NCBI RefSeq assembly: GCF_964194155.1
Contig: NC_135902.1
Coordinates: 53,382,001-53,446,000, forward strand
DNA from: Cetorhinus maximus
Taxonomy: Eukaryota
Reading direction: 5' to 3'
Length of the DNA: 64,000 nucleotides
A program made the position numbers and the translations under genes. The notes under the pieces were generated by a model. The model saw nothing but the letters and a program-made list of their open reading frames with translations, searched no databases and was not told the origin of the DNA. The number at the start of each line of letters is the position of its first letter. Within the stretch, counting starts at the first letter, position 1. Below are positions 26,776 to 38,579 of this stretch, piece after piece.

Positions 26776-27729
26776 TTGCAGAGGCAAATTCTCTGGAGTT
26801 ATTTAAGAAACAACAGGATATTGCATTAAGAGGGAATTGTGGGTTCTATTTAGCTGGATAAACTAAGATGGACTGATGGCCTTCACCATCTGTATTTATT
26901 TAGTGTGAGTCACACAATTAGTGGACATAAATCTAAGATGCGTTAGCTTAGAAGTGGTGCTTGCTTCCTGGTTAGAGATCTCTTTTTCCCTCTGCACTAT
27001 GTGGACTACTTTACTGAAGCTGATTGTAAAAGGCACAGATGTATAGTTGTGCTATGTAGCAAGCACTGTGGGAATTTTGTTTTCCAAACACACCTCTGTG
27101 AAGTAAGGAGCTTTCACTGTGTGAGAACTAGAAAGTTAGCCTGGAGTTGGCTCGAGGCAGTAACTTTACCAGTTTTTTCTGTGGATCAGGAAGGGCTGAG
27201 GGAAGAATGGAGTGAGCGCAAGCTTAGATTAAAAATGATAGGGAAGCTGTGCAAATCCTAAGCTGAGATGTTATAATACTTTCTGTAAGGTTTTCATTTA
27301 GTCTATGTCGAAAATTCACTTTACAGTCAGCAAATATAAAAATAGTTTTTCTTTGTTTCATCGGAATGTTTGCAAAAGGATTGTTTTTAGAGATCAGACT
27401 CCCCTTGACCCTTGATGATATCTTTTCTTCATTTTCCTCACTCTTTCAGAATAAGAAAATTGAAATAATGTAAAGCACTGATGGAATTTTTCTGCAGTTG
27501 ATGCAGTTTCATATAAGTTGCAGAGCTATTGGTCCACTGTATCACATTTTATTTTGTATCTTGGGCTAGTTTATATTTGTTCTAGGTAAATAATATTTGT
27601 CACCTCTGAACCTGAAGGGCAATAGTCCACCAGGATTCCTTGTTGGCCCTACAGAGATCTAATTTCATTGCCTTGTTCCCCTTTTTCTTGAATTCTTTCA
27701 CCCATTTTTCCACAGCAGTTGACTCCAAC

Positions 27730-28060
27730 AGCAACTTCCATTTATAAACTGCATTTAAAGTAAGAAAATGCCTGAGGCCTTAACAAGTACAATAGCAATA
27801 AAAGCATTTTGACACCAAGACATTGAAGGAGCTATTAGGGTAGATGACCAAGAGCCTGATCAAAGAAGAAGGTTTTAAGGAACATCTTAAAGGAGGAGAC
27901 AGAGAGAGGTGAGAAGCTTTGAGAGCAAATTCAAAGCTCAGGGCCAATGCAACTGAAAGGTTGTCTCCATAAATGGTGGAAGGATTTTAAATCAGAGATG
28001 CACAAGAGGCCAGAACTGGAAGAGTGCAGAGATCTCGAAGGTTGGAGGAAGTTACAGAAT
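27730..28060 (-). mobile_element. L2 LINE 3' fragment
   Basis: Homologous to 8720-9050 ('gatgaccaagagcctgatcaaagaag...ttttaaggaacatcttaaagg'). Confidence 0.7.
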
Positions 28061-28074
28061 ACCTAGTATTTGAA

Positions 28075-28240
28075 GATGTCACATGGCTGTGTGGGTAGGA
28101 CTCTCACTTCTGGGTCAGAAGATCATGGGTCCAAATCCCATTCCAGAGACTTGACCTCATAATTAAGGTTTGCCACTCCCAGTGCAGTATTGAGGGAGTG
28201 TTGTACTGTCAGAGGTGCGATTTTTCAGATGAGATGTTTT
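28075..28240 (+). mobile_element. SacSINE1-like SINE 5' part
   Basis: tRNA-like head 'gggtcagaagatcatgggtccaaatcccattccagagacttga' followed by 'cagtgcagtattgagggagtg'. Confidence 0.7.
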
Positions 28241-29134
28241 GTATCCCAAATATAGAACTCTCCTCCTTCATCCCTCCAAATTTAGAGATTAAAAAAAATA
28301 CTTCCAGTGTTAGCAGAGTATTTTATTTTAGTGTTGCCCTTTATTTTGAATTGAACATGTTACCATGAAAATGTACATTCAGGTTACTGTGTTCACTGGT
28401 TTAACTGTGGAAGCCTTATTGATTTTTCCTCCTAAATTTTGCTTTCTAAAACAAGTTTAATTTGGCCATATTTCATGCCTATTTACCTCTCAGTGAGATA
28501 CTTCATTTAAAATGTTGCCTTAAATATTTCTTATTTTTCGAATGTGTGGCCTGTAATGATACTGCTGGAGGAATAGCTGACTGTTGTTGTCTGGATTTGT
28601 GGGAAGCAGTATCCCATCTCGACAATGTGTTGCTGATGGATTCTGTTTATTTTATTAGCTGTGGTGTTTTGCTCTGGCTGATCGCTTCATAGAACTCAAC
28701 TGCTGTACTTTCGTTTTCCTTTTCCCTTTTTTTCTTACTGCTGATGAGTTATTTTACTGGCAATATCTGAATTTTGAGTGGGCTAGCAATACACTCATGG
28801 CTGGTTTACATCTTGGCATCGTTCAAGGCTTCTCTCACTGTGTTTGCAAAGTAAATAGGGCAGATTGCAAACTTTGTCACCACCCCCTCTAATTTTCTCT
28901 CCTCCTCTCCTGAAGGATGCCATTCCATGATAGCCTTATGATTTTCCCCAGAGGCTATTCATGTGAGCTGACTGAATTTTGGAGGGCTGTTTACCTGTGG
29001 ACTGCATTACGGCAGAATCTGTTCTCCCTTGCATCCATGCTTAACAACAGTAGTCACTGGATAGTGGGCAAGTGTGGAATTGTTACTGATTTTTTTTATG
29101 TCCCCCTTTGAGCCATGATGACCAATCTGAAGTC

Positions 29135-29866
29135 TTGCATTTCTGTAGTGCCTTTCATGACCTCAGGAAGTCCCAAAGCATTTTTCATTCAATAAAATAT
29201 TTTTGAAGCTTTGCCACTGTTGTAATGCAGGAAAGGTGGCAGTCAATTTGTGCACAGCAAGGTCACACAACAACAATGTGATAATGACCAGACAATTTGA
29301 TTTTTTACTGATGTTAGTTGAAGGATAAATATTGGAAATATGAGGCAGGACACTGGAGAGAACTCTCTTGCACTCAGAGTAATACAGTCATGTTAGCACA
29401 AGAGGAGGCTATTTGACCCTTTGGGCCCATTGAGTCTGTAGAGCAGTCCAACCTGTCCCATTCCCCCACTCTATCCCCATAGCCCTGTAAGTTTATCTCC
29501 TTCAAGTGCCCATCCAATTTCCTTTAGAAGTAATTTGTTATCTTTGCTTGCATCACCCTCGTAGGCAGCGAGTTCCAGGTCATTACCACTCGCTATGTAA
29601 AAATATTCTTCTTCACATCATGCCTGCATCTCCTGCCCAAAATCTTAAATCTGTGTCCCTAGCCCTTGTATCATCAGCTACCACCTTCTTTGAAATAGTA
29701 TCTTTATGGGGCCTCAGTTTAACGTTTCATCCGAAAGGCAGGGAGTTCCAACAATGCAACACTTCCTCAGTATTGCGCCTAGAATTCTATGCTAAAGTGT
29801 TTGGACTTGAACCCATACACTCTGGCTCAGGTGAGAGTGCTACCGCTGAACTGCAACTGACTGGCA
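29135..29866 (-). mobile_element. SacSINE1-like SINE split by a CR1 3' fragment (about 29380-29685)
   Basis: SINE halves match 49561-50003; the middle segment is a minus-strand CR1 3' end. Confidence 0.75.
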
Positions 29867-29939
29867 ATTGAGCCTGGTCTATATGAATCAGTGTAGTAGT
29901 GGTCTGCTTAAGGGCAGCTCCTCTGCTCATTTCTCCACA

Positions 29940-30720
29940 CCTCACGGTCTTGTGCTTTCCTCTTCAGTTGCTCATTGGATCCTGCCATTTTTGATTTCAA
30001 GTTGTCTAACATCATCATTCTCTTTCTCTCTTCAAGTATACATCCCTAGTCTAATCTTCCTTCATTCACCCTCTTCAGCAATTCTCATGCTTTAGAATAC
30101 GGCCAATTCAACCTTGTTGCCTTTTCTGGATAATATTCACTAATGATCTTCCCTCCTCCACCATCTTGAGAAATTGTTCCTTTTTCTTGCATTCTCTCCA
30201 ACTGGTCCGCTCCATCCTTCTCCAGAACCAAATTTAACAACTTTCTAATCTTTGTATGCCTGCTTCTCGCAAGGACCACATTTCAGCCCTGTACGAGATA
30301 CTCCAAATCAGTCCTGATAATTCTTTTCTTACAATCTCTACTCATTCTGATGCTGAGCAATTCTTTATGTTTGGAGAATGCATTCTTTGCTACTGCTATT
30401 CTAGCATTGATTTCTTTATGGCAGTGACCATCTTCTGACAAGATGCTTCACAGGTATTAAAATTATGATACCTGTTTCAGCTGTTGACCATTTATCTTGA
30501 CCTCTATTTTTTGTTTTTATTTCTTCCAATCTTCATAACTTATAATAATTTTCATTATGTAGGCTTTCACCACTTCATTCATTCTATCCATTTGTATCGT
30601 AGATCTTCTGATGTGTTAGCTACTAGGGCTTGTTCATCTGCAAAGTACTGCACAACAAAGTTAATTTACCCATTAGGAAGCTTTACATGAATTCTGACAG
30701 GCGAGCTGATAGACTGACTG
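29940..30720 (-). mobile_element. Decayed RTE-like LINE fragment
   Basis: Minus-strand remnants of the RTE RT C-terminus ('ttgcagatgaacaagccctagtagct', FADxxAL-like). Confidence 0.55.
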
Positions 30721-32229
30721 TATGCATTATCATTGTATGACTCTGCAGCTGGTTGAATTGCCTTGTGGGCATGCACAGTTTGTAAGTATTGCTGGCAGTA
30801 TGTAATGTTGCAGGCTAATGGGCTGATCTGGGTGAGCAATGAGCTGATACAGCAAGGCTGGCGGCACTAGCACTTCAGAGGAACTCATCAATAGGACAAG
30901 CAGAAAAGGTAATGGGACCCAGGACAAGTGATATACATTTCGTCTTGTCTGGCCATGAGCTTCCATTGAAATATGGTGTACGTTCCAATTCTCTCTATAA
31001 TCAGTTTTGTTTAGCATCAGCAACATTGCTGAAATTGATGAAGAAGGGTTGCCTTGAAGCATGTCCTACAAATCTAGTAGATCAATAGAATAGTAAGCTC
31101 CAGGGAAACATGCAAATAATGACAATATCTAGTTGTTCATAATAATAATAAAAAAGTCTGCTCTCAGTTACAAGCCTTGAAGTCTCACTACCTTCCCAGT
31201 TTTATTATCTTCCTGCTCAATATGTTGATCAAAAGTGTGTAGAATTTCATCTGATTTAGATCCTGAATTAAACTTTTGATTTTGAAAAAAACTTGTGAAA
31301 GAATTTACTTTTCAGAGTTAAGCAGCTGTAGTTCCATTATGGTTCCTGTGCTGTTTCATTCTATTATCTGATTGTGATGAATTCAGCCTGATCTTGTTTA
31401 ACGTGATTTGCCTGTGCAACACCCCCCTTGATTTTACAGTGGGCCGAAGCTGCATGTATCTCATGTGCTTGAACCTACCTCAACTGTTGTGCTTAGATGC
31501 ACATAGCATTTTGGGTTAGCTCCCTTAAATGATCTAGTTTAAATTTGATATTTCCACTAACACTGGTCTAGCCTTCTAGACCACTTCATGGGATGGAGAA
31601 ATTTGAGGCCACTTCAGCCTAAAGAGTTCCAAGAAATAATCATCTATAGAGTGGGGAAAAAAAGGTCCCCAATTGCCTGGATTCTGCAAAAAGTGTACGG
31701 AGGATGTGCACAAGCACCAGGATTGGCAGAAAGTAAACTACTCTGCCACCAACTGCAAGTAAACCAAGTTTCCCATAGACCAACAGCCCAGATGGTAATG
31801 TTTCACATAATAGTAATATTTTCTTTTCTTGTGGTGCCCTTCTTCTCCTCTGACACTTTTGCTAACTATTATTGTGTGACTGAAGGGTTCAGTTCTGGAT
31901 ATTGTTTGAACAGAGGTGTAATTCAGTGACTGTGAACAGTTCATAAATAATGTGCAGGCCATAAATAGTGCACAAGCTCATTCTTAGTGCACCAGATCCT
32001 CACACAGTTACCTGGTAGCATCAGTCAGTAGAAGGACTCCCACAGCTTCTTGCTTAAACTTGGCTGGTGTCATTGTTGCCTCTGAGTCAGAGGTCGTCTG
32101 TTCAACTTTATTTCTGTGCCATATGCCAGGCCAGTGGTGTCCAATAGAATTTGCTTCCCAGTCACACACATGGCAAGTGGCAATGCCACTTAACTATATG
32201 CACTAGCTTTATTGGAAAGCTCATTCAAT

Positions 32230-32560
32230 ACAGATAAATGTATTCTCCTCCTCCTTCAAGCACCATGCTCTAAGAGGGCATTGGCGACCATGGATTCCCA
32301 TTGGATTAGTCCATGATTAATGTTCGGCAAAGTACTGCAGTGGATGCCGTTGCTTTCTGCAGTATGGCTGACCAGGAAACTCTCCTGCTTTTATCACCTG
32401 CCATCAGGTGTTTTGAAAGGATTTACAGACTGATAATCAACCTGTTTGGCTACGTTATGAACACACTTTCCCTGGCCATCAAGTCCTGAAGTGGGACTTG
32501 AACCTGGAACTTCTGGCCCAGAGGTAGGGACGCAATCACTGTGTCACAAGACCTCCCTCA
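32230..32560 (-). mobile_element. tRNA-derived SINE
   Basis: Minus-strand tRNA head 'gtgggacttgaacctggaacttctggcccagaggtagggacgcaatcactgtgtcac'. Confidence 0.6.
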
Positions 32561-33129
32561 CACGTGTATATATTTCCTTAATAAACAGCTACCTCCATTC
32601 AGTAGCCAAGCAAGTAAAGCACTCAGCTATCAAAAATCTTTCACACACTCTGCTTTTTATTTCACCATTTTACCAACAAATACACAAAAGGATAAAGAAC
32701 ACAAGCATGCAGGTTCCAGTATCAGTCCCACAAACAAAGTTTTAGATTCTCGCTTCATAGGGGCTCATATAATGAGATTTCTATTGACGATGGGCCCAGG
32801 GAGAAGCACAAGAACTCTGGCCTCAACATGTGTACTGGGACTGGCTCCAAGGCCTGGTCCTGCTGAGTAATCACTGAGGGATTCAAACACGTGGTGCGGG
32901 TGTTTAAAGCATGGGGGGAATACTGTTATCTATCCCATTTACCCTAATGTTGGGCATTAGAGGATATTGTTATGTATTCTTTACCTCTAATACTAGGTTG
33001 AGGACTAGGTAACACTGAAAAATTCTGCTTAAGACTCTATTAAATCAAATCAGTGAGATAATAAAACACATCATCCAGGCAGTGCGTCTGAAATATAGGC
33101 AGCAATCCTCACATACCAGGCACTCTCAA

Positions 33130-34500
33130 GATGTTAGTAAGCAAGTTTGGAAAGCAGAAGAAGCAAAGGCTAGAAAATAGACAACAAAGAATTTGCCAAT
33201 GCTTAATGGTATCTATGTCAATCCAAGAAGTCTAGTGAATAAGGCAGATGAACTGAGGGAACAGTTAGACACTTGTAAGTGTTATGGACAGGAGCGGGGG
33301 TCCATTCAAACAGCACTAAATTTTTCTCTCGCCACCCGTCCATAAACAGAAAGGTGTTTTGATTTGTTTCCTTTTTTAATTAGGATGGTGTATTTCCTAA
33401 CCTCTCGGTCTTTGTGTGATCCAATTCCTACTAATAACCCCAAAGCAAACTCAAGGTAGGATGAACTCAAAATGGTTAGTTTATTGCACACATTTAAAAG
33501 CTACAAAAAGGAGGGTCCACAACGCCTCCCTCCATACACGTACAGTAAAGAGAGGGATAGAGAAAAGAAGGTTTTACGGTACAGAGACCACAGAGAAAAT
33601 AAATGTTGGTTCACGTGAGGTCCAGAGTCCAGAATCAAAGCCCTTGAGGAATTCCTTCACAGAGGTCGGCAGGCTGAAAACCGGGGGGTGTAAGATTCGC
33701 TTTTCCATTGGTGTTGACTTCACAAGTTGAAATAGGCATGCAGAGATGGATCAGTTTGTACATGATGTGCAGAACTTTCCGCAGAGGCAGGGTAGATGGG
33801 GCCAGTTGTCCAGCTTGGCCAGAGCTCCTGTGTGGCCTGCCAGTCAGATGTTAAAGCAGCATACTGGCTTGCAGCTCAGGAAGGCAACAAGCCTTAGGTC
33901 ATGTGACACAATATCTTCAGCAAAGGATGTTTATCCAGTGTCTGGAAATTGGCTTTGTGTTCCAGGCTGATAACGTCTCCACTATTACGGATTGAAAGAG
34001 GTGCTATTTGTTGAGGGTCTGGTGGTTGGGAAGCCATGGTCTCCGTAGAGTCTCCAACTCTGTTGGCAGGCCTGGTTTATCAAATACAAATGGCTTTCGT
34101 CTAGCTCCCTTTGAAGTTGGGCTGTGCAGTTCCCCGGGTGTTAGTAGCTCCTCAGAAATAACGAGGAATGACATTTTCAAAACTGCAAAGTGGCTTCTCT
34201 TGTTCTGGTGATTCACAGACAATAACTCAACATGATTTTTGTTCAGCCAAAAGATCCAGTTTAAAATTAAGAAAATTAAAAATAGACAGTGTTAGGTTCT
34301 GTTCCATCGCATATGTGTGATATGATAGCTATTGCAGAAACATGATTGGCAAAAGAAGAAGAGACTACATGAAGAAAAACGTGTCCACGCAGCGAGTGTT
34401 TAAGGTCTGGAATGCATTGCCTGAGAGTGTGTTGGAGGCAGGTTCAATTGAAATGAAATTTGACTGTTACCTGAAAAGGAGGAATGTGCATGTGAAGTGG
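33130..34500 (+). mobile_element. Internally deleted CR1 (APE N-terminus joined to 3' end), split by a solo LTR
   Basis: NGIYVNPRSLVNKADELREQLDTCK | CDMIAIAET, followed directly by the 3' region TQRVFKVWNALPESVLEAGS. Confidence 0.75.
33280..34311 (-). mobile_element. Solo LTR, 1032 bp
   Basis: TG...CA termini with inverted ends tgttatggacag / ctgttccatcgca; 4-bp TSD taag/tatg; AATAAA on the minus strand near 33480; interrupts the CR1 reading frame. Confidence 0.75.
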
Positions 34501-35967
34501 GAGAATTTTCCCTATGACAGACATTAAGCTAATTGGCCTATAGTTTCCTACTTTCTGTCTCCCTTCTTCCTTGAATAGAGCTTTTACATTAGAGATTTTA
34601 CAAACCCCTGGAATCTTTCCAGAATCTAGGGAATTTTGAAATCCCTTCTAGAAAACTGCCTATCACTGAAGTTAAACTAATAGGCTGATCGTTTCCCCAA
34701 TTCATCATCGTCCTTTTTAAACAGAGGCACCACATAGGCTTCTTTCCAATCCAGGAGAAGATATCTGATGCCTTCTTGCTTTGGTTTGAAAGTTGTCTAA
34801 GACGATGATTGTTCTTTGGATGAAAGGAAGTCCTGTCACAGCACTAGAACCAGTGAACCAGTTTAATTTAATTTCGTGAAGGAACCAACCTATTCAGTTT
34901 GAATCTGCTGACTATCAAGTTGTACAAACCAAGCCCAGAAAGCATCTTCAATTGTTTTATGTCCTATGGGTCCTTGACAGCCATAATGCAATTGTGAGAT
35001 ATCCATATTTTTTATATCCTTTGTTCTTGACTGAATTTTGAAAGTCATTTCACCTGTTCCCTGAGCCTGACCACATAGGGGCTGTACACATGTGGTTCCA
35101 ATGAAATCACATATAAGCTTTCAAACACACATCAGATCTGGGTTTAGTGCCACTAGAGTTAATGGAATGTTGTTTCTTTTTCTATTCTGCATTCATGCAA
35201 GATTGAGTTGAAAGTTTTGGTTTGAAACAGTTGAAAGTGATGTATTGTCTTTGTCATTACTTACATTATTCTTAATGACCCTACTCCATGGTTTCTAACC
35301 CAAGCCAATGATTTAGTATACCACTTTATGAACTTTAAGAAGTCATGAGAGGGTTTGTGAAATAAATACAAAACTTGGCATTTCTGTTTGACCCACAGAA
35401 ACACTACTAGACCTTGGAGACATAAACATGTGATACAGTTCACATGGAGTGATAGCACATTTAAAGTGTGGAGCATCAGGAAAATCTGAGTAAAATCTCT
35501 GTGTAAGATTGTTTCAGTTTGATTGTAGTAAGGAAAGGGTTAAGAACCCCCTACATATGGTAAGATAGTCATGAATGTTATCGTTACTACTATTCTAAAA
35601 TGTGAAGTATTTCAACACTTTTTCAGTTCTTCTGATCTGCAAATTCCTTTTTGTAAAGTTCTGTCTTTTAAAGCATAGCATTTTCAGCTAGATTATTTTG
35701 GTTTGGGTTAGGGGATGCAAAAAATAGATTGTATTTCAAGAGAATAATTTTTTGACTTAAGACAGCAACAGCCCTTGAGGTGAAACATCAGGTGGGTGTG
35801 CAAAATGTAATCTCTAATTAAACAATGTCATCTGATGATGCGTTGTCACTACTTAAATTTTTGAGACATGAATTATAGCCCGACCCTTGGAAGGTCACTT
35901 TCTCAAATGGAATGCTGTGAGACGACTGGAAATGCTAACTGCATGTTGCTTCATCGACTTAAATGAA

Positions 35968-36330
35968 TGGGTGGGATCTTGTGGAGGCAACAGCCAGCAA
36001 GTCCCCCATATCGCCTCTTTTTGAAAAGGCCTGCCGCATCTTGTGCCACTTAGGCACTTAACAGGCCAGCGACAGACCCTCCAAGGACCCCTGGAAGTCC
36101 AGCCTGCGGATAACTGCCAGCCAATCAGAGGCCGGCAGCGGCCAGCAAATCCGAGGCCTTTAGCTCCCCTGTACTCAGCAGTGCCAATTGGGTGGTGGTG
36201 GCTGCTGTTGGTATGACACCCAGCCGAGGCCCAGTATCGTCACTGGATCCCGGGCCATAGGTAAGTGGAGGAGGGAAGGGGGTCATGGAGGAAGTGGAGA
36301 GGGAGCCAGCAGCAAGGGGAGCAGGGGAAT
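35968..36330. mobile_element. Fragment of the GC-rich TIR element family
   Basis: 'gccagccaatcagaggccggcagc' is shared with 51640-51665 (reverse complement) and related to 39820-39850. Confidence 0.5.
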
Positions 36331-37046
36331 GTAAGAATTTTTTAAAATATAATTTTAAGTTAGAATGTAAAATACAGTAAATATTGTTTGGAGCTTAAAG
36401 TTCAAAGTCAGCAATATGTTGCCAAATTCATGCCATGCTGAGGAATGGAGTGGCATATGTTTATACCTTGTGACCAAGGCGAATATTTGTGTTTCCCAAT
36501 GGACAGAATTACAAATGCAATCCCCAAAACCATCAGTTAAAGTACAAGAAGTGAGTATGTGGCAGCCTTCTTTTTCATAAGATTATGGTTTGAGCCTCGG
36601 TGGTCAACTCTGTCCTAAGCATCGCCTGGTGTGGCTCAGGAGTCTTACTATGGCATGGAAGTCTCTGCCACACTTGCTGCAGAGGAAGACAGTAGGCTGA
36701 GAGGTGCACGATTCGCTGGCCCGTTTTGTCTGTGTCCTCTTCTCAGCCAGCTGAGCTTTTTATTTCTGCTCGCCCCTCCCAGTATTATCCCAAACAGTCA
36801 GCCTCCAGAGGTCACAGCCATCAGCGATTGTCTCCCAGTTGCCAGTTTCATTATCTGCCATCTTCATATCTCGCTTGCGGGTGTCCTTGTAAAAAAGGTC
36901 GCAACACCGAGGAGATCATGACCCAATGGTTGGTTCGCTGTACAGAAGGTGTTTGGGTATATAGCCATCATCCATCCAATGAAATGAAAACAAAAATAGC
37001 TGGAAAAACTCAGCAGGTCTGACAGCATCTGTGGAGAGGAAGACAG

Positions 37047-37085
37047 AGTTAACGTTTCGAGTCCATATGACTCTTCATCAGAATT
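37047..37085 (-). ncRNA. Minimal hammerhead ribozyme (subtype A)
   Basis: Reverse complement reads AATT-CTGATGA-A-GAGTC-atatg-GACTC-GAAA-cg-TT-AACT. Confidence 0.8.
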
Positions 37086-37092
37086 CTTCATC

Positions 37093-37131
37093 AGTTCTGA
37101 TGAAGAGTCATACGGACTCGAAACGTTAACT
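37093..37131 (+). ncRNA. Minimal hammerhead ribozyme (subtype A)
   Basis: AGTT-CTGATGA-A-GAGTC-atacg-GACTC-GAAA-cg-TT-AACT. Confidence 0.85.
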
Positions 37132-38579
37132 CGGTATTCCTCTCCACAGATGCTGTCAGACCAGCTCAGTTTTTCCAGCTATTTTTGTTTTTGTTTCAGA
37201 TTTCCAGCATCCGCAGTATTTTGCTTTTATCCATCCAATGAACATGGCTGAGCCAGCGCAGACATCCTTGGTTTAGCAGTGAGTGTATGCTGATGGAATT
37301 AGCAAGCTCCAGGATCTCTTACTAGCCAAGAGATGCCAAGGATACACCTGAAGCAACAAAGGTGGAAACTGTTCAGTCTTGGGTTGGCAGATTCACAGTT
37401 TGGTGTTCTCGGTCAGGTTGCTGTTGTTTCACACTCTTTTACACAGCTTGGATATTACAGCTGCAGCTTCTGAGATTTCAACATCAAGTGACAGACTGCT
37501 GGTGATTGTGGAGACTAGAGACGTGAAGCTATCAATAACCTCCAACGTCACATTGTCAGTGCTGATAAATGGTGGCAACATCCTGGACCATGACATTTGT
37601 CTTCCTGATGGTCAAACCAAACGTTTTACAGACATGAGAGAGTCTGTCCATTTGCTGCCATCCCTCAATATGGTTTGCTAGTGCGACCTCATCAGCAGAG
37701 AGCAACTCTGATGAGGACTTGGTGTAGCTTTGTCTTGGACCTTAGGTGGGCAAGGCTGAAGAGCTTTCTATCAGTTCTGGATGTAAGTAGACACCCTCTG
37801 TAGATGACCTGAAGGCATATGACAACAACAAAGAAAAGAATATGGCAAAGAGCGTCAGTGCCAGAACACAATCCTGTTTGACCCTGCTGTGAATTTCAAA
37901 GGGTGCAGACAATGGCCCGCCATAGCTGATCTTATCATCATGTTGTCATAGAAAGAGGAGATCACATTGAGCAGCTTTGGCGAGCAGCAAGGTTTTGCGA
38001 GTAGCTTAAAAACTGCCTCTGCTCATATGGTTGAATACCTTGGGGAGATCGAAGAAGGCAATATATAATGCGATATAATATATATAATCGTTTGTTCATG
38101 GCATTTCTCTCACACCAGCGGAATGAGAAGATTGTGTCAGTTGGAGATCTTCCAGTTCTAAAATTTCACTGGGATTCAGGATAGATGCGTTCAGCCAAGA
38201 TTTGCAGTCTGGCGAGGGCAGCACAGGCAAATACTTGTCCCACGGTGTTCAGCATGGAGATGCCTCAATAGATGGGCTTTGTTAAGCTCCTCCACTGTGG
38301 GTTTGATATCCGGCTCTGCCATGACAAGTAGGCTTTCTATGGTGTCTAGAGTTTCCTCGGTGACAGTGTTGTCCCTAGACTACAACTTAAGGTAGTGTTC
38401 CATCCATCTCTCCAACTGTTTATTGCAGTCAGTGATGGCAGTTCCCTTTGTTTTCAATGGAACCATTTTCTTTGCTGATGGACCTATTGCCTTTTTGATC
38501 CCTTCATACATGCCCCTGACAAAAGAAGTGAGTACTAATGACGATTTAAACTGTCTGTCCAACAATGCACGTGGCATCT

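Larger units (their letters stand above)
36984..37228. mobile_element. Penelope-derived palindromic insert with back-to-back hammerheads
   Basis: Perfect 14-bp TSD atccatccaatgaa at 36970-36983 and 37229-37242; about 100-bp inverted arms. Confidence 0.92.
36560..38578 (-). mobile_element. Decayed RTE-clade LINE split by a Penelope hairpin
   Basis: Minus-strand VRGMYEGIKKAIGPS..PLK..QLERWMEHY, RVKQDCVLA (37860-37885) and C-terminal LLSHTRRC (about 36620-36645). Confidence 0.85.
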
